The notes beneath the pieces were generated by a model. It did no database searches, was not told the origin of the DNA, and saw only the letters and a program-made list of their open reading frames with translations. DNA of 64,000 nt from Octopus vulgaris (lineage: Eukaryota), in assembly GCA_951406725.2 (NCBI GenBank), contig OX597830.1, positions 17,484,001-17,548,000 on the forward strand, in the 5' to 3' direction. A program made the position numbers and the translations under genes. Each line of letters starts with the position of its first letter. Position 1 is the first letter of the stretch. This document shows positions 53,104-64,000 of the stretch, piece by piece.

Positions 53104-53488
53104 CTAGCAGTATCGCCCGGCGTTGCTCAGGTTTGTAAGGGAAATAACTATATAGCATTTTTAGAGAGTTATAGCCAAAAAATAGCAATAAAATGGAAAA
53201 AAATGATGGTAAATTTTTTTTTGAGATTTAAAAAAGGTGGAGTTGCGTCCCCTATACAGTTTGTGGTTCGTATTCCTGATTCTCGACCCCATGTCGAATT
53301 TATCGTTCTTTTTCAGAACTGGGGGAACTTTTCAAAATTTTCGCTGCGTTAGTTTTGAATTATGACATTGGGCTATGTGTGTGTCAAGTTTCATCAGAAT
53401 CGGTTGAAAGCCGTGGTCAGGGTGAGGGTACAAGCAAACAGACACACAGAAACACGCACAGACAAACTGCCGTTTATATAGAGAGAGA
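53104..53488 (-). mobile_element. Non-autonomous Helitron
   Basis: Minus strand starts TC and ends in a GC hairpin (cctgagcaacgccggg) then CTAG; inserted between A and T without TSD. Confidence 0.8.
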
Positions 53489-53552
53489 TAACAATATAAT
53501 AAATAAAAAAAATATATGCATATATACATACATATATGTACATACTTACATC

Positions 53553-53598
<46 letters not shown>

Positions 53599-53853
53599 TA
53601 CAGGACACCACAAATAAACGTAGAACACAACGAGAAACGAAAACATAAAAACAAACAAGGAAACGGACTTTATTTTAACAACGAAAAAACAGAGTACAGG
53701 ACAAACAATACAAGGAAAATTCCCCTTCGTCAGCTGCCCCTGGTTCGACTCAATGCGTGTTTCGGAGGTAAGGGCAGAACACGGCCAGGCCGAAGTAGTC
53801 TTTCCTGCAAAAGGAATTAAATAAAATTCTTTTGCAGAGGGGTAAAACAAGTG

Positions 53854-53931
<78 letters not shown>

Positions 53932-54328
53932 GGCGGAGGAGTGGCTGTGTGATAAGTAGCTTGCTAACGAACCACATGGTTCTGGGTTCAGTCCCACTGT
54001 GTGGCACCCTGGGCAAGTGTCTTCTACTATAGCCTCGGGCCAACCAAAGCCTTGTGAGTGGATTTGGTAGACGGAAACTGAAAGAACCTTGTGGTATATA
54101 TGTATATATATATATGTATGTGTGTCTGTGTTTATCCCCCCAACATCGTTTGACAAGCGATGCTGGTGTGTTTACCTCTCCGTAACTTAGTGGTTCGGCA
54201 AAAGAGACCGATAAAATAAGTACTAGGCTTACAAAGAATAAGTCCTGGAGTCGATTTGGTCGACTAATGGCGGTGATCCAGCATGGCCACAGTCAAAATG
54301 ACTGGAATAAGTAAAAGATAAAAAGAGT
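53932..54328 (+). mobile_element. SINE family C, full length
   Basis: High similarity to 12218-12614. Confidence 0.92.
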
Positions 54329-54462
54329 ATATATGTTTGTGTGTGTGTGTGTACATATCCATATATATGTAGGTGTGTATGTCTGTTGCTTCATTAAATA
54401 TTAATGAAAATACACATATACTCATATTTTGAGTTCTATTTTCCCTGTCTGCACCAATATAC

Positions 54463-54508
<46 letters not shown>

Positions 54509-54552
54509 ACAGACACACACACACACACACACACAGACACACAGACACACAG

Positions 54553-54583
<31 letters not shown>

Positions 54584-55037
54584 AAATATAACATATTACA
54601 GTTGAAGTTACCTTACCTTAGTTTATTCTTATAATAAAATAAAATTTGATATGCCAGTATTTACTTGATAGAAAGTTTTTGCAGAAGATAACAGTTATAA
54701 TTGGTAAATAAACATATTTTACTCATTAGTAACTTCGTTCGACATTCTAATAGTTACATGTTTGTTGAAAGATTGAAAGTCAAAAATTAGAACTCTCCTG
54801 TGTAATGAAACAAAATTCCAATGTTTTTAATGGTGTCTAAAAATGATTTACTCTGTGAACATTTATAGGAATTTATTTCTCAAATATATCTGAAAGCCCA
54901 GGATAGTATTCCTTTGAGTGGTCATTGAAGAGTGGTTAGATTTCATCCTCGAAATGCAATGTATTTCTCTCTTTCCCCGTATGTGTATGTATGTATATAT
55001 ACATATATATAATACATACATATATGTATACAAATAA

Positions 55038-55070
<33 letters not shown>

Positions 55071-55252
55071 CATACACATATGGTTGCAGGTATTGATAGC
55101 ATTCATTCTCCCTTTTCTCTCTCTCTATATATGCATATATATAATACACACATATATGTATTCAAATAAATAAATACATACATACATACATATATATACA
55201 TACATACACAGAAACACTCACACACACACACACACACACATATATCTACATA

Positions 55253-55412
55253 TAAAAAATTAAAGAAAGAAAATGCACACACTTTACATAGTTTTAATAT
55301 AATTTTTAATATATCTTTGTCGCCCGGTTTTGCTTTCGCTATTCATGACATTAAAATTTATTTAAATACGTATTTTCTTAAGAAGGATTTTTTGTCCATG
55401 TTGTGTGTGACG
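55253..55412 (-). mobile_element. Second copy of the A3-U8 HHR mini-element (motif 55318-55350)
   Basis: tgtc-ATGAATA-GCgaaaGC-AAAA-ccgg-GC-gaca. Confidence 0.65.
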
Positions 55413-55520
55413 GTTACGAATGAATGATTCAACAAGTAGAAAAATTTAAGGGGAGGTAATTGGTTATCATTATTATATAATTATTTTTGGCAGGGAAGAT
55501 AGTTGTTTAACTTTCGGTAG

Positions 55521-55556
<36 letters not shown>

Positions 55557-56082
55557 AAAATTAAAAAACTAGAGTAATAGGGAGAAATATGTAGTGATTG
55601 GTATGTAATCGTGAATTAAATTGTGTGTGTGTGTTGTGTGTGTGTGTGTGTGTGTGCGTGTGTTCTAATTTGTAAAAAAACTTTTTTCCTTTCTCTCCCT
55701 CTTGTTCTCTTTCTCCTTCTTTTTAAAAGAAATAACTCAATATGACTTAACTTTTAATCATGTATATTTATAATCTTCATCGAACATTGAACCTTATATT
55801 ACTGTCTATCTATGAAACTCATTGAACATCTGATCATTTAAACATGTTTTTTGGGAATTTTACCTTGTGACTTTAAACTCTACTAAATCCTTTATTTATT
55901 TAATTTTACCATTGATAAGCAAAAAAAAAAAAATAAAGAAAATGTCGAAGCCGCGTTGGTATTTGAATAAATCTATTTCAAAATTTAAAAACGATTGCAC
56001 GCTTTGAGATTCAAGTGTATTTTTAAACCACAGAACGAATTCTCTTATATTTTTTCTGCATTGGAATACACTTCTTTTCCCC

Positions 56083-56520
<438 letters not shown>

Positions 56521-56682
56521 AGATATATAAACATATATTTCTACATATATATATCTATCTATATCTATCTATAAACGTATATATATTATTATAAACATAT
56601 ATATATATAAGCTTATATAAATATATATATATAAACACACACACATGTATATATATATACATACATACATACATGCATATAT

Positions 56683-56745
<63 letters not shown>

Positions 56746-57120
56746 TTTGGAGGGATATGTCATCCGGGCGGATATGGTGTTAGCTCTCAGTAGGGTTCCA
56801 GATGTCGGCTAACCGCAACGGTCAGTATCCAATGTCTGTGTCTAAAATTATTTATTAGTCACTCCGTGAGTTCTTCCGTTGTGTAATTTCATGTGCCCTA
56901 CGCAATACGGTAAATATTCCCTGGTGCATACATTAGGATTAATAATAATAAGGAGTATGGAGACTTGTACATATTTATTTTCTTGTTATATACAGCATAT
57001 GCTGTATATAACTAGAAAATAAATTTTGTGGATGTACACGTCTACCTACTCCTTATTACTAATATTTATATACACACATACATTCATACATACATATATA
57101 CATATTTACATATACATACG

Positions 57121-57207
<87 letters not shown>

Positions 57208-57233
57208 CATAGATACATACAGACCTATATATA

Positions 57234-57448
57234 CAAGGTGTCCCAGAAGTCGCGCACCATCTTGGTTTTCATTTAAAATAATAAAAGCATTTTATTTTAT
57301 TATATTTTTCTTTCAGCATGTTTTATTGCAGAGGGTGCTCAATTTGAGCATTTGTTACGATGAATTTCAATAAAGTGTTTTTGAAATCAATAAGGATGTA
57401 TTCTTTTAAAAAACCAGGGTGGTGCATGCAACTTCTGGGAGACTAATT
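57234..57448. mobile_element. Tc1/mariner-type MITE
   Basis: TA|caaggtgtcccagaagtcgcgcaccatcttggtttt ... aaaaccagggtggtgcatgcaacttctgggagac. Confidence 0.75.
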
Positions 57449-57542
57449 ATATTAAACCAATTATGTATATATACGTGTTTTTTCTTGTGATTTTGCTACC
57501 TAGGATCGGACCCTCAGATAATTCATCTTTCCATTTCAACAA

Positions 57543-57658
<116 letters not shown>

Positions 57659-58145
57659 CTAGTTTTTTCATTCGCAAAATATACATTTTTTAAAAAAGAC
57701 TAAAAAAAAATGAAAATCGGGTATAAAAATAAAGTTTTCCAGTCTAATTGCTATGAAGGTATGATGTTGTAGAGAAAAAAAATTTGCTGCGTTTAGCGGA
57801 GCGGTGTGTAGTTTAAGGTTGTACCCTGTGAAATTTATAGTTTTGCATCTGTGAAATGACCTCTTCATTGTTGGTTTCTAAATAAACAGAAATGCCTAAT
57901 AAAATCAACATATATCATCTTACTGCTACTTTTGTTTCTTCATTGCTTGTATGTTTTTACTATTTAAAAAAATTGTTATATTTGTCGGCATTTCTATCTA
58001 CTTCACAGGCATTTGGGTCTCTACAAGTACAATTTAAATTATTGGTACTATGATATTATGTCTATCTTTATTAGGGATAATGGAGTTCTGGTTATTATCA
58101 TTATAGCAGTTGTTAACTGTACGATTATTGGAGGTAGTAGGTACG

Positions 58146-58235
58146 TTTAACATACTCTTTTACTTGTTTCAGTCATGTTTAACATACTCTTTTACTTGTT
58201 TCAGTCATGTGACTGTGGCCATGCTGGAGCACCGC
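58146..58235 (-). mobile_element. SINE family C 3' tail with 32-bp tandem duplication
   Basis: gtttaacatactcttttacttgtttcagtcat twice, then gtggccatgctggagcaccgc. Confidence 0.8.
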
Positions 58236-58254
58236 ATGTTTTTTTTTATTATAG

Positions 58255-58425
58255 AATAGATCTAGTTTCTTATTGTTAAAAGAAGAGATTATCCTAAGGA
58301 GATTTGGAGAGACTGAAAATCCAAATCTAATTTTTTATTATTAAATATTTTTGCATATTTAGAGTTTTTATTAATTATAATTTTAATAGATCTAATAAAG
58401 TTAGATTTTAAATATTTGGCAAATA
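58255..58425 (-). pseudogene. PLE linker-region fragment
   Basis: KNSKYAKIFNNKK...FS.SPN..RIISS.N.K (frameshifted), similar to the linker at 24990-25150. Confidence 0.5.
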
Positions 58426-58475
58426 TATATATTTCTATATATATGAACGTGTGTATCTGCATATATACGTATGTT

Positions 58476-58526
<51 letters not shown>

Positions 58527-58943
58527 CACATATATTCTACTATTTTTTATACGTGTGTGTATTTATATCGATATGTGTGTGCCTTTTCTCTCTTTGCATC
58601 GGTATGAATATATATATATATTTTGTACGGTGTTCCTTCTTTTATGTATACCCAAATAAAAAATAATTAAAAAAGAAGCAAGAATTCCTACATCTATCTA
58701 TACTAATGTGAAGATATGTCTCTATTCACGTATGAGTAAATATTCTGACAACTATTCCTTATATGATTATTTTTTCTCTGACAATTTTTTTGTATTTTGT
58801 ACACCTTTTCGTATATTCATAATGCGCAATACACTTCTATTACTTGAATATTAACACCACCGTAATACCATTATATATTCCTCTCTCATTATGCCAAGCT
58901 AGTTCCTTACCTCAAAATTTTTATTTATACTACAACATAGTTA

Positions 58944-59253
58944 AGTTGAGGCGCAATGGCCTAGTGGTTACGGCAGCGGACTCGCGGTCGGAGGATCGCG
59001 GTTTCGATTTCCAGACCGGGCGTTGTGTGTGTTTATTGAGCGAAAACACCTAAAGCTCCACGAGGCTCCGGCAGGGGGTAGTGGCGACCCCTGTTGTACT
59101 CTTTCGCTACAACTTTCTCTTGCTCTTTCTTCCTGTTTCTTGAGTAACGCTGCGATGGACTAGCGTCCCGTCCAGCTGGGGGGAACACATACGCCACAGA
59201 AATCTGAAAACCGGGCCCATGAGCCTGGCTAGGCTTGAAAAGGGCGAAAGAAG
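58944..59253 (+). mobile_element. SINE family A, full length, 12-bp TSD
   Basis: TSD acaacatagtta at 58932-58943 and 59254-59265. Confidence 0.93.
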
Positions 59254-60427
59254 ACAACATAGTTACTCTATAAACTTATATATCAATACATATAACTTAA
59301 ACCCTCTATCTGCTATTTTTCATTCCCAGTTCATTTATTTCCCCTACATTGTTATTTTCTCATATTCCTTCATCCTTTTTTCTTTTTCAACTTCACTCTT
59401 TTTTCATCTTTATAGTCATAGCAAGTATTTACTATCTAAATTGTAATATTAACAACTATTGTTTCTGTTTTTACTTATTTTTCTACCGTATATTTGATAC
59501 ATACTAACGAATATTAGTTCTTATGCAGACATAAGTCCACCTTACGCATCTTATTCTCTCTTTCATCCCTTTTTTTTTTATTTCTCTAACACTTGTTTAC
59601 GTTAACAATCCAGCAGTTCTTTATACACTATCTCCTGTAGATTAACTTCATTTGCATGTATTAATTTTTTTTTAATTATACACCGCACTAAATATTGTTT
59701 CTAACTGTCAGATCATATTTTAATTTAAATATAGCCATGCCTTTCCACTGGACATTTCTTTACAATTTTTACCATACGTGGCTTATTTGGAATTAAAATT
59801 TCTAATTTCCTTATTCATCTATAGAGGGAACGTCTCTGACACCCCTTTTACTTATATTTTCAAATAACCGTTATAGCCTTTAGTTATAGTTAATACCTAA
59901 CTGGGCTCACATCGCTCTTTTTCTCGTAAGGATAAATATGAATCTCCTAGATTCTATTCTGCAATTTCCTTTCTCAAGTTCTTTGTAAACATGTTTATAC
60001 TTCTTGAACTGAAGAGTACAATGATATTTACCAATACCAGTATTACAATATTTATCTTACTGAATTTGATGTTCTCTTGGATAACTTAAAGTTTCGAAAC
60101 CCTATTCCAAAAGAAGCATCAGAAGAATGGTAGAAACCTTAGAGACTAATGCTGATTTCACTAGAAATAAAAAAAAACTTCCAAGACATTCGTTTCCAGA
60201 TAAACCTGGCTTCATCATCGCTGTAGACTTGTCTTGTGTATAGCCTCTTTCAATAACGAATTTCTCCAGTACTACAGGATAATACATATCTCCTTTCTAT
60301 CAGTTCTGACTACTTCACCGATCGTTTTAATGTCGTGCAAATTAATAACCGTGGGAGAGAAGTTGGCAATTATGAGGTGGAAGGAAAATAAGTAATGTGA
60401 GAGGAGGAGAGTTAAAGGATAAAATCG

Positions 60428-61270
60428 GGATTATTTCTAGTAGGAGTGGGTACAGGAACAGAAAGGAAAACCACTCATTTAAAACTATCGGTGCTCTCGA
60501 AGCCTCTTAAACTGTTTAAACTGAACTTGATTAGCTAGAAAAAGATTCATATTAGAAGGTATAAATCTTTCTACACTCATACACAGTCTTGTATTCTCTT
60601 GCAAATGGATAAATATTGGAGGACATCCCCCATCCCCCATTTTCAGGCCTCCAAGACAAGAGGGGAAGGTGTGTTCTCTGACAGAAGATCTGCTCGGAAT
60701 GCTTACAACAGAGGAGATTCCGCTGAAGGTAGGTGCTTATGTTAAACCGGCAATCGATTAAGTCTACAAAAGAAAAAAAAAATCACAAAATTAAAAACAA
60801 AACAAAACTTTGGTTTTATGTTTATTTTCTGTTGCTTTGGCTCATCTTCTCCACTCAGCACCTGTGTAGTTTACAACCTCCTTATTAATCATAGCTTAGC
60901 TTACCATTACAGCCGTAAGAATGACACCTAGTCGTATATTTAAGAACTTATGTAGTCTTAGCATTATTGTGGCTTTACATGTCATAATTTATTCATTTAA
61001 TTATTAATAATCACTGATTACTTGCTCTAACTGTTACTGTTAAGTGTATTGTACTTATATGAATTTCCGTAGCTAATTAGATAGATTTTGATACTTCATA
61101 TTTAAAATAATTATTTAATATGATTAGAAATATTCTAGCTGTGTTCTAATACGAATCTTTTTCTAGCAAATCAAGTCCAGTTTAAAAAGTTTAAGAGGCC
61201 TCGAAATCACCGAAGGGTTTAAATGACGATTATTCCTTTCTATTCCTGCACCTTCTATTGCAAATAAACC
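60428..61270. mobile_element. Old foldback/MITE-like element with ~130-bp imperfect TIRs
   Basis: 60428-60560 is reverse-complementary to 61143-61270 (cctcttaaactgtttaaactgaacttgattagctagaaaaagattc vs gaatctttttctagcaaatcaagtccagtttaaaaagtttaagagg). Confidence 0.7.
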
Positions 61271-61487
61271 AAACACCTTGTCTGGCATAGCGTCCAAAAT
61301 ATAGTAGTAATTGCCAAAAGCCTGCTACTGATTCTTACGAAGTCGTTGGGTATCAAGTTTCTATACCGGATGTCAATACTGCTCACACATCGCAAGAGAG
61401 CACATGTCCAAACAGCTCCCAAAATATTGTAGCAACCACCAAAAACCGGCCACTAACCCTAACGAAGTTGCTGGGTATCAAATTTGC

Positions 61488-61735
61488 ATACTGGTTTCTA
61501 CAGCTGGATGCCCTTCCTGTTACCAACCCTCACCTATTAGCAAGCAAGATAATATTTCTCTATGGCATGGAATACTGATAATGAAGAACATTGCTTATAT
61601 AACAGTGGCACTCATTTACAACTATTGCATGATGTCAATACAACACACACACAAAACAGTCAGTTTCTATCTACCAAATCCACTCACGAGGCTTTGGTCA
61701 GCCCAAGGCTATAGAAAACATTTTCCCTTGTGGTG
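61488..61735 (-). mobile_element. SINE family C head fused to a different, RTE-like 3' tail
   Basis: Family C block cagtttctatctaccaaatccactcac.aggctttggtc plus tail ggttggtaacaggaagggcatccagctgtagaaacc on minus strand. Confidence 0.65.
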
Positions 61736-62104
61736 CACCTGAGCACTGTATACAATAATTTCATTTCATTATTATTATAAGAATACTATTTAAACATGGT
61801 GATAGAGAACGATAGCTTAAGGGTGATGGCTAGAGACAGGAAACCCACTTCTGTATAAATGTTACACTGACCACATTTCTTTCACTTGTCTTCTTTTCTT
61901 TTCTTCTCTTCTTTCACTTTGGCAGTCGATTTGTTGGACTCTGACAAAGATAGCCCTACAACGGCCGTTCACTATAGTTTCAATCGTAACTCGATCGACT
62001 AATTCAATTGAACGATGAACGCACCCACAATTCATATATGAAACGGCTGTGAGTCTATAATGCTCAACTGAATGTATATAATCCATCATTATTCATGCCT
62101 ATTT

Positions 62105-62440
62105 CATATATATACATATATATATATATATGGGTGTTTGTGTGTGTGTGTGTGTAGGTATTTATATATATATATATGTATATGCACATATATATATATA
62201 TGTATATATGTATATATATATATACATACACATATATTACTTGTATTATATATATATAAGCACATATACATATACACACATATATATATACTTATATATA
62301 TATGTGTGTGTGTGTGTGTGGTATATATATATATGTATATATATATGTATATATATATACTTACACATATATTATTTGTATTATATATATATATATATGC
62401 ACAAATTCACATACACATACACACATATATATACATATAT

Positions 62441-62522
<82 letters not shown>

Positions 62523-62717
62523 GTGTGTGTGTATTGCAAATACATATTCACATACATATCAGCCTCTACAGAAGGGTATAGTGAGCTGTTTTATGTCTTT
62601 GTATCGTAAAATAAATAAAAGCAAAAATGAAACTATGGGGTATATGTATTTGTGTGTGTGTACCTATGAGTATGTGTATCTGTGTATATATGTGTGTCTA
62701 TTTGATGCTCACGCACG

Positions 62718-62765
<48 letters not shown>

Positions 62766-63410
62766 TGTGTGTATGTGTGTGTGTGCTTGTGCTTATTTTG
62801 GTTAAATCTGCATATCTACGAATTTCTTATGGTGCCATTCAGTTCATCTAATACACACAACGCCTTCATGCACATACACGCGAGCTTATACACACACACA
62901 CACACACGCAAACACACATACCCACACTGATACAAGCATACTCCCGCATTCACATGAACACACACAAATACCTACACACACTCACACGCTTATATAAACA
63001 TACACACACACACACATATATACGCTCTTACACATACATGTACATTTCCTACCGTAACCAACCACATTACTTTTCATCAATCCGATCGCAATTTCTTTCA
63101 TTTCATTTCATATTATCCACTTCATTTCTCTTCTTTTGTCTTCTTTCCTTTATTGATTTAATGCCTTCTATTTATTTATTTGCTTATTTATTTATTTATT
63201 TATTTATTTATTTGTCTGTTTATTTGTCTATTTATTTATGTATTTGTTTGTTCATTTATTGTTCTTGGTTCAATGAGAACTAAAGGAGGAGAGACGTACG
63301 TATGTGTCTCTATGTGTGCATAGATGCATAGATAAGGATATATGAATACACATAGACACAGACACACACTCACACACATACACACACATACACACACACA
63401 CATACACACA

Positions 63411-63453
<43 letters not shown>

Positions 63454-63547
63454 GTGTATATATAATGGGTGGTAGAGAGATTGAAGATTTTCAAAGAAAT
63501 CCATTATACATACATACTTCTCACTCTGTTCTCTCTGTATGTGTGTA

Positions 63548-63579
<32 letters not shown>

Positions 63580-63614
63580 CATACATACATACATACACAC
63601 ACACATATATATAT

Positions 63615-63645
<31 letters not shown>

Positions 63646-63738
63646 CATACATGCATATATATATATATATATATATATACATACATACATACATACATAC
63701 ATGCATACACACACACACTCACACACACATATATATAT

Positions 63739-63771
<33 letters not shown>

Positions 63772-63845
63772 TATATGTATATATATACACACATACATAC
63801 ATACATGCATACACACACACACATATATATACATACATACATACA

Positions 63846-63881
<36 letters not shown>

Positions 63882-63900
63882 GAAAGAAAGAAAGAAAGTG
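62105..63900. repeat. Dense (TA)n/(CA)n/(TACA)n microsatellite field
   Basis: Direct inspection. Confidence 0.95.
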
Positions 63901-64000
63901 GAGGAGGAGGGAAAGGAGCAGAAGAGGGAGGAAGAGTCAAGATCTTCAAAATACCCTTATATGTCTCATTAGTTCTGGTTGCTGTCTTTTTTTTCGCCAT

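Noticed and set aside
58944-59025. tRNA gene calls for SINE heads (also ~1940-2013, 12218-12290, 44880-44948)
   Set aside because: A and B boxes are present, but the cloverleaf is not intact and each continues into a multi-copy SINE body.

Overview
AT-rich, microsatellite-saturated animal DNA with no recognisable host gene exon. The SINE families and repeat landscape point to an octopus (coleoid cephalopod) intron or intergenic region; this is inference from recalled repeat families, not a database result. Nearly all ORFs in the supplied track are artefacts of (TA)n/(CA)n/(TACA)n/(TATC)n/(AAT)n repeats. Supported content: four tRNA-derived SINE families (more than 25 copies or fragments, three with exact 12-14 bp TSDs), decayed mariner, Chapaev3-like, Merlin/ISXO2 and RTE elements, a non-autonomous Helitron, several MITEs, two Penelope-like (PLE) GIY-YIG endonuclease remnants and a 100-N gap. 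The most striking signal is about 20 hammerhead-ribozyme (HHR) or HHR-like motifs in short PLE-type elements, many sitting inside microsatellites. Their cores show all four Watson-Crick pairs at the tertiary 3-8 position (CUGAUGA, UUGAAAA, AUGAAUA, GUGAACA). Three unrelated ~350-nt retrozyme-like monomers share one insertion architecture, and one tRNA-headed element carries an HHR-like motif. All RNA folds were read by eye and none is shown to be active.
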